A stretch of 62,498 nt of DNA, counting the filler. It is 5 parts of 5 records of this genome, joined end to end, with 100 filler letters (N's around TTAATTAATTAA, not from the genome) between each part and the next. Parts side by side here need not be neighbours in the genome. Positions count along the whole stretch, not along the records: positions 32,389 to 41,780 come from DRR723986_7739; positions 41,881 to 56,778 come from DRR723986_7748; 3 more parts are not named here. The stretch is one strand, 5' to 3'. Below are positions 40,039-49,965 of this stretch, in pieces (position 1 is the stretch's first letter; every line of letters starts with the position of its first letter). The position numbers and the translations under genes were made by a program. Below the pieces are notes generated by a model that saw only the letters and a program-made list of their open reading frames with translations, ran no database searches and was not told the origin of the DNA.

Positions 40039-41022
40039 TCAGGCGTCGTAATGGCCGGTTTGGTGCCATCTCCATGCATCTGAAATCATGTGTTTGAGGG
40101 TCGATCTTTGCGGTTTCCAGCCCAGTTCAACCTCGGCCCGGTGCGAGCCCGACACCAGCTTTGTGCAATCCCCCGGCCGCCGCGGCCCTTCGACAATCGG
40201 CACGGTCTGATTGGTCACTTCGCGGCTATGATCAATCACCTCACGCACAGAAAACCCTTTGCCGGTGCCAAGGTTGAACACGCGGCTGTCTTTGTTATCG
40301 GCCAGCCATTTCAGCCCCAGCACATGCGCATCCACCAGATCGCAGACATGCACATAATCGCGGATACAGGTGCCATCGGGCGTGTCATAATCGCTGCCAA
40401 ATACCGTGAGCGCATCACGTTTTCCCGCGATTGCATCCAACATCAGCGGCACCAGATGGGTCTCAGGCTGATGAAATTCGCCCACATCCCCGTCAGGATC
40501 GGCCCCCGCGACATTGAAATAGCGGAAAATCACATGCCGTAACCCATGCGCCGCCTCATAGTCGCGCAACATATCCTCAATCGCGCGTTTGGAGGCACCA
40601 TAGGCATTGATCGGGTTCTGCGGGCTGTTCTCATCCAGCACAACGTTGTCCTGATCCCCGTAGGTCGCGCAGGTTGAGGAAAAAACAATCTGTTTGCAGC
40701 CCGCTTGCACCGCCGCGTCAAACAGGTTCATCGATCCGGTGACATTGTTGTGCCAATAGCGACCCGGCTGCTCCATGCTTTCGCCCACCTGGCTCAGCGC
40801 AGCGAAATGCATCACGGCAACGGGTTCATGTTTCGCAAAAACCGCATCCAGCGCGGCGCGGTCCAGCAGATCACCTTGTTCAAACGGGCCGAATTTGACA
40901 GCGTCTTGCCAGCCCGTGATGAGATTGTCGAAGGTAACAGGGGTAAAGCCAGCCGCCCGGAGCGCCTTACAGGCATGTGATCCGATGTAGCCCGCGCCAC
41001 CGGTCACCAGAACCTTATTCAT
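40039..41022 (-). CDS. galE: UDP-glucose 4-epimerase
   Basis: GGAGYIGSH, YGASK, RYFNVAGA, DGTCIRDYVHV. Confidence 0.95.
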   Translation of the reverse strand: MNKVLVTGGAGYIGSHACKALRAAGFTPVTFDNLITGWQDAVKFGPFEQGDLLDRAALDAVFAKHEPVAVMHFAALSQVGESMEQPGRYWHNNVTGSMNLFDAAVQAGCKQIVFSSTCATYGDQDNVVLDENSPQNPINAYGASKRAIEDMLRDYEAAHGLRHVIFRYFNVAGADPDGDVGEFHQPETHLVPLMLDAIAGKRDALTVFGSDYDTPDGTCIRDYVHVCDLVDAHVLGLKWLADNKDSRVFNLGTGKGFSVREVIDHSREVTNQTVPIVEGPRRPGDCTKLVSGSHRAEVELGWKPQRSTLKHMISDAWRWHQTGHYDA

Positions 41023-41044
41023 GCCTTTAGCCCCCCGGCTGATA

Positions 41045-41780
41045 TTACTGCGCAGCCCTGTCGATTTGCATCACACTTTGCAGGTAACTGCGCAGATCGT
41101 CACGCAATTCTTCGCGGGCCAGGCCAAATGCCACAGTCGCTTGCAGGAAGCCGGATTTTGATCCGCAGTCAAACCGCTGACCCCGGAACCGGTAGCCGTA
41201 AACATTGCGGTCCAGCTCAATATCTTTGGCAATCGCGTCGGTCAGCTGGATCTCACCGCCTGAACCGGATTTGATCTGATTGAGGTTCTGCAAAACGGTT
41301 GGAGACAGGATGTACCGCCCGATCACCGCCAGATTGGATGGCGCGTCTTCGGCCTTGGGCTTTTCGACCATGCCTTTCACTTTCACCATCTGGCCCATGT
41401 CATCAGACACGTCCAAAACGCCGTAAGAGGACGTGCGCGAGGGTTCAACTTCCATGGCGGCAACCATGTTTCCGCCGGTTTCGGCATAGGCTTCGACCAT
41501 CTGTTGCAAGCATGGCTTGTCCGCTGCAATCACATCATCCGGCAGGATCACCGCAAAAGGTTCGTCGCCAATCAGACGCCGCGCGCACCAGACCGCATGA
41601 CCAAGGCCAAGCGCCTTGTGCTGGCGGATATAGGCGATCGCGCCGCTTTCCATATTGGTGTTTTTGAGTGTTTCCAGCAGCTCGGTCTTGTTCTTTTTGC
41701 GCAGCTCCTGCTCAAGCTGGGGCGCGTGATCAAAGTAATCCTCAAGCGCACCTTTGCCGCGCGAGGTAACAAAGATAAAT
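41045..41780 (-). CDS. galU: UTP--glucose-1-phosphate uridylyltransferase (5'-truncated)
   Basis: LGLGHAVWCA, LPDD, VEKP, GEIQLTDAI, RFDCG. Confidence 0.94.
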
Positions 41781-41880
41781 NNNNNNNNNNNNNNNNNNNN
41801 NNNNNNNNNNNNNNNNNNNNNNNNTTAATTAATTAANNNNNNNNNNNNNNNNNNNNNNNNNNNNNNNNNNNNNNNNNNNN
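41781..41880. other. artificial contig linker
   Basis: N run containing TTAATTAATTAA. Confidence 0.99.
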
Positions 41881-41881
41881 C

Positions 41882-42073
41882 CGTGATCGCGAGCGCAAGC
41901 TGATCAAAAAGATCGACGCCACGCTCGACCTTATTGATGAAGACGACTACGGTTTCTGTGATACCTGCGGTATTGAAATCGGCATTAAACGCCTAGAGGC
42001 ACGCCCAACGGCGACACTGTGCATTGATTGCAAAACCCTGGACGAAATTAAAGAGCGCCAGGAGCGCGGTTAA
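41882..42073 (+). CDS. dksA: DksA (3' fragment)
   Basis: Manual translation [11 protein letters not shown]...[29 protein letters not shown]. Confidence 0.95.
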   Translation, partial: RDRERKLIKKIDATLDLIDEDDYGFCDTCGIEIGIKRLEARPTATLCIDCKTLDEIKERQERG

Positions 42074-42112
42074 ACGACAGGGCGGCCACCGCCGCCCCAT
42101 AAGTCTCTGTGT

Positions 42113-42982
42113 ATGGCCCATTCCCACGCTGGCTATGTCGGCCGCTTTGCACCTTCGCCCACCGGCCCCCTGCATTTCGGCTCACTGTGTAGTGCGCTGG
42201 CAAGCTATTTAGATGCCCGCGCTCACAACGGCCACTGGCTGCTACGTATAGAGAACCTAGACCCTCCTCGCGAACAAGCCGGCGCCGACCACGCCATTAT
42301 CGAGTCGTTAAAAGCCCATCGACTGCTCTGGGATGGCGAAGTACTCTGGCAAAGCGATCGCCTGAGAGCCTACCAAGATGCACTGGACCAACTCCTGACA
42401 GCCGAACACGCCTTCCTTTGCAGTTGCTCGCGCGCCCAGCTGGCAAGCCGTAACGGCATTCATCTCGGTAGCTGCATTGCCCCCCTGGACCGCAACGACG
42501 CGGCCGTCAGGCTGCGCACAAACCGCCAAACCTATACCATTGAGGACCGACTGCTAGGCCCACAGCAACATCGCGTCGAGGACGGCGGCGATGTCGTGCT
42601 CAAGCGCCGGGATGGTCTGTTCGCCTACCAACTTGCCGTCGTCGTCGACGATGCCTACAGCGGCATTACCGATGTCGTTCGCGGCAGCGACCTGCTCAGC
42701 TCCACGGCCTGGCAATGGTTGCTGCAAGAGCGCTTGAACTACGCGCACCCAAGGTACCTCCACCTCCCCCTGCTCACCGACGACAAAGGGGACAAACTCA
42801 GCAAACGCAGCCACGCCCCGGCGCTAGACAACAGCTGCGCTGAGGACAATATTCGCGCTGCGTTGCGCTACTTGGGTCAGCCATCGCCACCACCACTAGG
42901 GAGCCTTGATGCAGTGCTAACGTGGGCGGCTCAGCATTGGTCTGCCAGTGCGATTCCCCACAGCGATATCGTCGTGCGCTAA
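42113..42982 (+). CDS. gluQ: glutamyl-Q tRNA(Asp) synthetase
   Basis: GRFAPSPTGPLHFGS, YQLAVVVDD, KLSKR; no anticodon-binding domain; follows dksA. Confidence 0.93.
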   Translation: MAHSHAGYVGRFAPSPTGPLHFGSLCSALASYLDARAHNGHWLLRIENLDPPREQAGADHAIIESLKAHRLLWDGEVLWQSDRLRAYQDALDQLLTAEHAFLCSCSRAQLASRNGIHLGSCIAPLDRNDAAVRLRTNRQTYTIEDRLLGPQQHRVEDGGDVVLKRRDGLFAYQLAVVVDDAYSGITDVVRGSDLLSSTAWQWLLQERLNYAHPRYLHLPLLTDDKGDKLSKRSHAPALDNSCAEDNIRAALRYLGQPSPPPLGSLDAVLTWAAQHWSASAIPHSDIVVR

Positions 42983-43050
42983 CACAGGCTTTGCAGTTTG
43001 CCGATGCGGCAGTAATAATTCGCACCATTACCTCTGCACACGGCTCACTC

Positions 43051-43224
43051 ATGCGCTTACAAGCCCCACTACTATTGCTGCTCTGTTTCATGGTGGTGTT
43101 CACCCCCACGCTGAACCACTGGATATACAGCGGCGGGCAGGCCTGGTACCGACTGCATTTACTGTGGCTGGCCGTTATTGTTTTTGTTTTCCTGGCCAAC
43201 TATCGGCGCAAACGCGATGTTTGA
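43051..43224 (+). CDS. cbrX: CbrX-like small membrane peptide (57 aa)
   Basis: MRLQAPLLLLLCFMVVFTPTLNHWIYSGGQAWYRLHLLWL...; AWYR..LLWL motif and overlap with the cbrA start, as in Pseudomonas CbrX. Confidence 0.8.
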   Translation: MRLQAPLLLLLCFMVVFTPTLNHWIYSGGQAWYRLHLLWLAVIVFVFLANYRRKRDV

Positions 43225-46207
43225 AGCCAATGTTCTGCTGCTCTGCGCGCTCGCCTATCTGCTCACCTTGTTTGCCATCGCTTATGCCAGTGAGCATCGC
43301 TGGCTGCCGAGCAAGTTAATTGATCACCCGGCGGTCTATGTTTTGTCGCTCGGTGTCTACGCCAGCGCTTTCGCTTTTTACGGCGTAACGGGCATGGCCA
43401 AGGCCTATGGCCTGGGTTACCTGAACTATTACCTTGGCATTTCAGCTGCACTGTTTTTGTTACCGATCGTTATTACCCCGCTGTATCACATCTGCAAAAA
43501 CTACCAGCTGCATTCGCTGGCCGACTTGTTGAGCTTCCGCTATCGCAGCCAGTGGGTAGGCTCTTTAACAACTGTTTTCTGCAGCATCGCCATGTGGCCG
43601 CTGCTGGCGATGCAAATTCAAACAGTCTCCGATGCCACGCTACTACTTACGCCCTCAGCATCTGAGACTGACAGCAGCACGTTCAGGCACCTGTCTGCAT
43701 TTATGTTCTGCCTGATCATTAGCCTGTTTACCATCCTCTTTGGTTCTCGCAATTTATCCTCGCGCGATAGCCACCAGGGGTTAGTCGTCGCACTGGCATT
43801 CGAGTCGCTGGTTAAACTTGTCGCTTTTATTTGCCTGGGCGCTGCAGCGATATTTGGCATATTCGGCGGCTTCAGCGACATGCAGAATTGGTTGCAAACT
43901 CAGCCTGAATTAATTGAAAAATTACGAGATGCCAGCCAGCGAGAAAATGCCCGCATGATGCTGGTGCTGTTCTTCTCGGCATCGCTGTGCATGCCACATG
44001 TCTTCCACATGCTCTTCGCGGAAAACCCCAGTGGCAAAAAACTCTACGGCGCAGGCTGGGGCCTCCCCCTTTATTTATTGCTTATCAGCCTGCCCGTACT
44101 GCCACTTTTGTGGGCAAGCACGGCAATTGGCGGCGGGGAAAGTAGCGGCGACTATGCCGCACTACACGTGCTGAGCGCGCTTGATAGCCCTTTACTCACA
44201 TTGCTTGTATTCATTGGCGGGATCTCCGCGGCCAGCGGCGCAATTATTGTCGCCACCCTGGCAACCGCCTCCATGAACCTCAACCACATTGTCCTGCCGC
44301 TACACAGCCCCCAGCGCCGCCCAGGCGATATTTATCGCCAATTGCTCTGGTCGCGACAGCTGCTGATATTCACCACCATCATGCTGGGCTACTTGCTATA
44401 CGTCCTTATACCTGAGCGGCAAGTGCTCAGCTCACTGGCCGTCATTTCCATCGCCGGTTGCGCGCAGTTTCTACCCGGTTTGCTGGCGGTCATGTACTGG
44501 CCCTCTGCAAACAGAAACGGCTTTATCGCCGGACTGCTTACCGGCTTCTCTGTCTGGCTACTCGGCCTGCTGATACCAGCATTTGGCCTGGAGACACCCG
44601 CGCTAATCCTTGCCCTGCCAGGCATCGACCCCAGCCGAGGCCCGCAGTGGATGGAGATCGCCACACTCTCACTCGGGCTAAATGCCTTTGTAATGATCCT
44701 CGTCTCACTATTAAGCGAAACCTCCAAAGAAGAACAAAGCGCCGCAGAAGCCTGCGCCATTGACGACTTAAACCGCCCCGGCCGCCAAGCACTTACGCTC
44801 AAGAGCGCTCACGAGATGCGCCACCGCCTTGCCGAGTCGCTCGGCAGCGCCGTCGCAAAGGAAGAGCTGGATCGGGCTCTGGAGGAACTCCAACTCGACG
44901 ACAATGAGACCCGCCCTTACGCCCTGCGACGTATTCGCGACCGCATAGAGGTCAACCTCTCAGCGTTACTCGGCCCGACGATCGCCCGCAGGGTCATCGA
45001 CCGCAGCCTGCCTTATGCCAGCAATTTGATGGGCGAGGGCGAAGACATCAATTACATCGAAGATCGCTTAGAGCATTATCAGGCCCACCTCACGGGGCTG
45101 GCCGCCGACCTCGATGCCCTGCGGCGGTACCACCGCCAAACCCTCGAAGATTTACCCACAGGCGTCTGCGCCTTGGCCGCCGATCAGGAAATCCTGCTGT
45201 GGAATAAAAGCATGGCGACCATCACCGGCGTGGCCAGCGGCGATATCACCGGGTCCAGCCTCAGCGGGCTCCCCGCCGAGTGGCAAACCTTGCTGCGAGA
45301 TTTCAGCGCGAGCAAAGACCAACACTGGAGCAAGGCAGGCATTGTTGTCGACGGCGCGCCCCGCTGGCTAAATCTCCACAAAACGGATTCCGAGCTGCCC
45401 GGGCGCGACGAGCTGATTATCGTCGTTGAAGACATCACTGACACCCAGCTGCTGGAAAAAGAACTCGGACACCAGGAGCGACTAGCCTCTATCGGCCGAC
45501 TGGCCGCTGGCGTTGCTCATGAAATCGGCAACCCGGTCACCGGTATTGCCAGCCTGGCCCAGAACCTGCGCTATGAAACCGACGACCCCCTACTACTGGA
45601 AAGCGCCGAACAAATCGTCAAGCAGACCCAGCGCATTAGCAGCATTGTGCAAAGCCTGGTCAACTTCGCGCACAATGGCCGCGAACACCCAACGCGAGCG
45701 AAAGAGGCGGTTGCGATACGCAGCTGCATCGCCGAGGCCATTCAGCTACTCGAGCTCGATCGCGCCGCCGAGCAGGTCCGCTTCGTGAATCAATGCCCCA
45801 CTGACCTGGACGTCGCCGGCGACCAGCAACGGCTAATGCAGGTATTTATTAATTTGCTCACCAACGCCCGGGATGCCAGCCCCGGCGGCGGCCAGGTGAC
45901 TATCGATGCCAATGCAGACGACCACCGTCCCTGGGCACATATTCGAATCAGCGACCAGGGCAGCGGCATAGATGCAGACTTGATCGAGCAGATATTCGAG
46001 CCATTCTTTACCACAAAGGAACCTGGCAAAGGCACCGGACTAGGCCTTGCTCTGGTCTATCGAATCATCGATGACCTCGGCGGCGAAATCAGCGTAGAAA
46101 GCCCCTATAACGACGGCGCCGAGCGCGGCACCCGCTTCCATATTCGGCTGCCTCTGGCCTGTCACCTCAGCGGCGACTGCGCTCCCCCAACCCCCTCTGA
46201 AAAGTAG
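43217..46207 (+). CDS. cbrA: CbrA-type kinase (SLC5 transporter-like domain, PAS, histidine kinase)
   Basis: YVLSLGVYAS, FESLVKL, GVAHEIGNP, EPFFTTK, GTGLGL; gene order matches the cbr locus. Confidence 0.9.
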   Translation: MFEANVLLLCALAYLLTLFAIAYASEHRWLPSKLIDHPAVYVLSLGVYASAFAFYGVTGMAKAYGLGYLNYYLGISAALFLLPIVITPLYHICKNYQLHSLADLLSFRYRSQWVGSLTTVFCSIAMWPLLAMQIQTVSDATLLLTPSASETDSSTFRHLSAFMFCLIISLFTILFGSRNLSSRDSHQGLVVALAFESLVKLVAFICLGAAAIFGIFGGFSDMQNWLQTQPELIEKLRDASQRENARMMLVLFFSASLCMPHVFHMLFAENPSGKKLYGAGWGLPLYLLLISLPVLPLLWASTAIGGGESSGDYAALHVLSALDSPLLTLLVFIGGISAASGAIIVATLATASMNLNHIVLPLHSPQRRPGDIYRQLLWSRQLLIFTTIMLGYLLYVLIPERQVLSSLAVISIAGCAQFLPGLLAVMYWPSANRNGFIAGLLTGFSVWLLGLLIPAFGLETPALILALPGIDPSRGPQWMEIATLSLGLNAFVMILVSLLSETSKEEQSAAEACAIDDLNRPGRQALTLKSAHEMRHRLAESLGSAVAKEELDRALEELQLDDNETRPYALRRIRDRIEVNLSALLGPTIARRVIDRSLPYASNLMGEGEDINYIEDRLEHYQAHLTGLAADLDALRRYHRQTLEDLPTGVCALAADQEILLWNKSMATITGVASGDITGSSLSGLPAEWQTLLRDFSASKDQHWSKAGIVVDGAPRWLNLHKTDSELPGRDELIIVVEDITDTQLLEKELGHQERLASIGRLAAGVAHEIGNPVTGIASLAQNLRYETDDPLLLESAEQIVKQTQRISSIVQSLVNFAHNGREHPTRAKEAVAIRSCIAEAIQLLELDRAAEQVRFVNQCPTDLDVAGDQQRLMQVFINLLTNARDASPGGGQVTIDANADDHRPWAHIRISDQGSGIDADLIEQIFEPFFTTKEPGKGTGLGLALVYRIIDDLGGEISVESPYNDGAERGTRFHIRLPLACHLSGDCAPPTPSEK

Positions 46208-46279
46208 AAATATCGAGCCGGACGCGTTATGTTGTTCGGCCGAACTCAGGCAAGCAAATGTAGCGATGGAGTCCTCAAT

Positions 46280-47713
46280 ATGCCTCGTATTTTGATCGTT
46301 GAAGACGAAGATGTCATTCGCCTTGCGCTGCGGCGCCTGCTTGAACGCAACGACTATCAGGTAGACGAGGCCGGTTCGGTTCAAGAGGCCCTGGAGCGCT
46401 TCGACCTAAATAGTTACCAGCTACTGATCAGCGACCTGCGGCTGCCCGGCGCACCGGGCACGGAGCTGATTAGCAAAACCGAGCGCCCGGTTCTTATCAT
46501 GACCAGCTACGCCAGCCTGAAGTCTGCGGTCGACTCGATGAAACAGGGGGCAATTGACTATATTGCCAAACCCTTTGACCACGATGAAATGCTGGAAACC
46601 GTCGCGCGCATCATTGCCGATAACGCCAGCAACCCGCCGCCGATGCCTGGCCAGCAAAAAGCCCTGCAGGCAGACACCAGCGGCATGATCGGTAGCTGCA
46701 AACCCATGCAGCGATTATATGAATACATCAACCGCGTAGCCCCCACCGACACAACCGTACTGGTACATGGTGAAACCGGTACCGGTAAAGAGCTGGTGGC
46801 CAGAGCCATTCACAGCCAGAGCACCCGCGCAAGCAAACCCATCGTTTGCGTGAACTGCGCGGCAATACCTGAAACGTTAATTGAGTCAGAACTTTTCGGG
46901 TACGAGAAAGGTGCCTTTACCGGGGCGAACGCCAATCGCATCGGCCTTATCGAAGCCGCGGATGGCGGCACCCTCTTCCTCGACGAAATTGGCGAGCTGC
47001 CACTGGAAGCGCAAGCGCGCCTGCTGCGCTTCATTCAGGAAGACGAAATCCGCCGCATCGGTTCAGTGGAGTCAAACAAAGTCGATGTACGGCTGATTTG
47101 TGCCACGCACCGCGACCTCAAAGACATGGCCCACAATGGCCGCTTCCGCGAGGATTTATATTACCGCATCAATGTGATGAAGCTGGAACTCCCCCCTCTT
47201 CGCGAGCGCGGTAAGGATATCCTGGAAATCGCGGAAACACTGCTTAGCCGGCGCTGCGAGGCACTGGGGCGGGGGCCACTCAAATTCAGCCCCAAAGCCA
47301 TCCAAGCAATTACCACCTACGTCTGGCCCGGCAATATTCGCGAGCTGGAAAACGCTGTGGAGCGCGCAGTGATTCTCTGCGAAGGCGATGAGATCGACAA
47401 CGAGCTATTGGATATCGATCTGGAGCTGGTAGACATCAGCCAAATTCGCGGCCGCAAACCCGAGCGCAATCGCAGCAGCAATAATCTGGGAAGCGATCGC
47501 AAAGACAGCCGCCCCAGCAGAGTGCGAAGCTCGGATCCCGCGGAAGACCTGTCACTCGAAGATTACTTCCAACGCTTTGTACTGGAACATCAGGACAGCA
47601 TGAGCGAAACAGAGCTCGCACAGAAACTCGGTGTTAGCCGAAAGTGCCTGTGGGAAAGAAGACAACGCTTGGGCATTCCGCGCAAGAAGAGCTCGCGCTC
47701 CAGTAGCAACTGA
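46280..47713 (+). CDS. cbrB: sigma54-dependent response regulator CbrB
   Basis: Receiver, GETGTGKE, GAFTGA, C-terminal LSLEDYFQRFVLEHQDSMSETELAQKLGVSRKCLWERRQRLGIPR. Confidence 0.92.
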   Translation: MPRILIVEDEDVIRLALRRLLERNDYQVDEAGSVQEALERFDLNSYQLLISDLRLPGAPGTELISKTERPVLIMTSYASLKSAVDSMKQGAIDYIAKPFDHDEMLETVARIIADNASNPPPMPGQQKALQADTSGMIGSCKPMQRLYEYINRVAPTDTTVLVHGETGTGKELVARAIHSQSTRASKPIVCVNCAAIPETLIESELFGYEKGAFTGANANRIGLIEAADGGTLFLDEIGELPLEAQARLLRFIQEDEIRRIGSVESNKVDVRLICATHRDLKDMAHNGRFREDLYYRINVMKLELPPLRERGKDILEIAETLLSRRCEALGRGPLKFSPKAIQAITTYVWPGNIRELENAVERAVILCEGDEIDNELLDIDLELVDISQIRGRKPERNRSSNNLGSDRKDSRPSRVRSSDPAEDLSLEDYFQRFVLEHQDSMSETELAQKLGVSRKCLWERRQRLGIPRKKSSRSSSN

Positions 47714-47717
47714 CACC

Positions 47718-47764
47718 GTTACCCAAACCAGCTGCGCGTAACAAACACCGTTTACTAAGGTAAC
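47718..47764 (+). promoter_or_regulatory. putative CbrB upstream activating sites
   Basis: GTTAC (47718), GTAACA (47738), GTAACA (47760), resembling the TGTTAC/GTAACA sites at Pseudomonas crcZ. Confidence 0.7.
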
Positions 47765-47839
47765 AACCGGCCATAAAAATCACGTCACCACCAACCCCGA
47801 AAAAACACAACCCATTGATTTATATACAAAATAAAAAGT

Positions 47840-47855
47840 TGGCACAGGCAGTGCA
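47840..47855 (+). promoter_or_regulatory. sigma54 -24/-12 promoter
   Basis: TGGCAC-AGGCA-GTGCA (GG-N10-GC); IHF-like AT element ATTGATTTATATA at 47814-47826. Confidence 0.85.
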
Positions 47856-47865
47856 TTTATAAGCA

Positions 47866-47977
47866 ACAAAGAAGAATAACAAATACAATAAAAATAATAA
47901 GAACGCGGAAAAATAAAAATAATAGACGTAGTAAAAAGACCTGGGTGGGGAAGACATTGTTTTCCCCTTCTTCATTT
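47866..47977 (+). ncRNA. crcZ: CrcZ-like Hfq/Crc-sequestering sRNA (miniature)
   Basis: Between cbrB and pcnB, after a sigma54 promoter; three (ARN)5-6 tracts; closing hairpin GGGGAAGAC/GTTTTCCCC plus T-rich tail. Confidence 0.8.
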
Positions 47978-48073
47978 CTGGCCCCTCGAAAACCTTTCCC
48001 TTTCCAAAAAGCGCCTTCAGTTCTGCTTGTGCTAGAATACTCGCTTTGCCCTTCCAGGCTGACATCGAGAGCA

Positions 48074-49462
48074 ATGAGCGCAAACACCGTTTCAGGACTT
48101 TGGAAAAAACTCGCTGGCAAACTAAGCCGTTCCAACAAAGGTTCGCATAGCCCGACTATTATCCCCCGCGACGACCACGGCGTGTCGCGCAGCATGATCA
48201 GCGACAGCGCCCTAAAGGTCATTCACCGCCTCAACCAATCGGGCCACGAGGCCTACCTTGTAGGCGGCGGCGTCCGCGACATTCTGCTGGGCGGCGACCC
48301 CAAAGACTTTGACGTCGCCACCGACGCCACCCCCGAGCAAGTAAGGGGCTTATTCCGCAACAGTCGCATCATTGGCCGGCGCTTTCGCATAGTCCACGTC
48401 CGCTTCGGGCGCGAAGTTATCGAGGTGACCACCTTTCGTGGCAGCCACGATGCTCCCACTTCGCAGAGCAGCCCGAAAGGCAAACACTCTGCACGCAATG
48501 AAGCCGGCATGCTGCTGCGGGATAATGTCTATGGCAGCATCGATGAAGATGCCATGCGCCGCGACCTCAGCATTAACGCGCTGTACTATTCCAGCCGGGA
48601 CTTCGCCATCTACGACTTCGTTGGCGGCATCGAAGATTTGGAACGCAGACTGATACGCGTAATCGGCGACCCCGAAACACGCTACCGAGAAGACCCTGTG
48701 CGCATGCTGCGCGTTGTGCGCTTCGCCGCCAAGCTAGACTTCGATATTGAGGCTGCAACAGAGGCGCCTTTGCGGGAACTCGCGCCACTGCTTGGCGATA
48801 TCGCCGCCGCCCGTATGTTTGACGAGGTGCTAAAACTATTCATGGGTGGCCGCGCTCTGCAAACGTATGCCCTGATGCAGCGCTACGGGCTATTCGCCCC
48901 ACTATTCCCTGCCACTCAGCGCTTGCTTGATGAAGAGTGCCCGGAAACGCAAGAGCTCATCCACCAGGGCCTGGCAAATACCGACGCGCGCATTGCCGCA
49001 GGCAAGCCAGTCACCCCAGCCTTCCTTTACGCGGTACTGTTATGGCCGGTCGTGAAGAAGCTGCATAAAGAGGTGCTGGAGGATGGCGTCCCGCCGATTC
49101 CGGCCCTTCATCAAGCCGCCGAGCGCTGCCTCCACAAGCAGCAGCAACGCATTACTATTCCCAAGCGCTTCTCGCTACCTATGCGCGACATTTGGGAGCT
49201 ACAGCTGCGCTTTGAGCGCCAGTCCGGCAAACGCGCCTCGCAATTAGTCGAGCATCGCTATTTCCGCGCCGGTTACGATTTCCTGCTATTGCGTGAGCAA
49301 TCCGGCGAAGTCAGCGAGCAGCTCAGCCAGTGGTGGCAAGCATTCTATGAGGCGCAGCCAACAACTCGCAGCGATATGCAAAAGCACACCAACGACGCCG
49401 CCGAGCGGGAGCGCAACCGCCGCCCCAGGCGTCGACGCAGAGGTCCGCGCAAGCCATCATGA
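48074..49462 (+). CDS. pcnB: poly(A) polymerase I
   Basis: VGGGVRD, KDFDVAT, IIGRRFRIVHV, EDPVRMLR, FRAGYDFLLLR, Arg-rich tail. Confidence 0.95.
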   Translation: MSANTVSGLWKKLAGKLSRSNKGSHSPTIIPRDDHGVSRSMISDSALKVIHRLNQSGHEAYLVGGGVRDILLGGDPKDFDVATDATPEQVRGLFRNSRIIGRRFRIVHVRFGREVIEVTTFRGSHDAPTSQSSPKGKHSARNEAGMLLRDNVYGSIDEDAMRRDLSINALYYSSRDFAIYDFVGGIEDLERRLIRVIGDPETRYREDPVRMLRVVRFAAKLDFDIEAATEAPLRELAPLLGDIAAARMFDEVLKLFMGGRALQTYALMQRYGLFAPLFPATQRLLDEECPETQELIHQGLANTDARIAAGKPVTPAFLYAVLLWPVVKKLHKEVLEDGVPPIPALHQAAERCLHKQQQRITIPKRFSLPMRDIWELQLRFERQSGKRASQLVEHRYFRAGYDFLLLREQSGEVSEQLSQWWQAFYEAQPTTRSDMQKHTNDAAERERNRRPRRRRRGPRKPS

Positions 49463-49965
49463 TTCGCTGCTATATCGGCCTGGGCAGCAACCAGGCCTCT
49501 CCGCTCGCACAAATTTACGGCGCCCTGAACGCACTGCGGCGGCTGCCGGGCAGCCGCTTAGTGGAGAGTTCACGGCTCTATGGCAGTCGCGCTATCGGCC
49601 CTGGCGAACAGCCCGACTACATCAATGCCGTCGCCGCGCTAGACACCGCGCTCTCCCCTGAAGACCTGCTCGCCGCCCTGCAACGCATTGAGCATCAGCA
49701 TGGTCGCAAACGCGATGTACGCTGGGGGGCGCGCACACTAGACCTGGACATCCTGTTGTACGGCGAACAATACATAGACAATAGTACGCTGCAGATCCCG
49801 CATCCGCGCATGCCCATGCGCCCCTTTGTGCTCGCCCCACTGGCAGACCTGTCTGAGGAGCTTGCCCGGCAACACAGCCAGCTCAACGCGCCGGCCGACC
49901 AGTGGGTAGGCAGCGAAGAACTCTGGCTTATAGGCACTGAAGAACTGTCGCAATATGCAGAATAG
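49459..49965 (+). CDS. folK: HPPK (folate biosynthesis)
   Basis: YIGLGSN, WGARTLDLDIL, IPHPR. Confidence 0.95.
   Translation: MIRCYIGLGSNQASPLAQIYGALNALRRLPGSRLVESSRLYGSRAIGPGEQPDYINAVAALDTALSPEDLLAALQRIEHQHGRKRDVRWGARTLDLDILLYGEQYIDNSTLQIPHPRMPMRPFVLAPLADLSEELARQHSQLNAPADQWVGSEELWLIGTEELSQYAE

Noticed and set aside
47820-48222. Hydrophobic minus-strand ORFs and the N-terminal extension of pcnB from 47945
   Set aside because: Products of the A-rich sRNA sequence; pcnB is better started at ATG 48074
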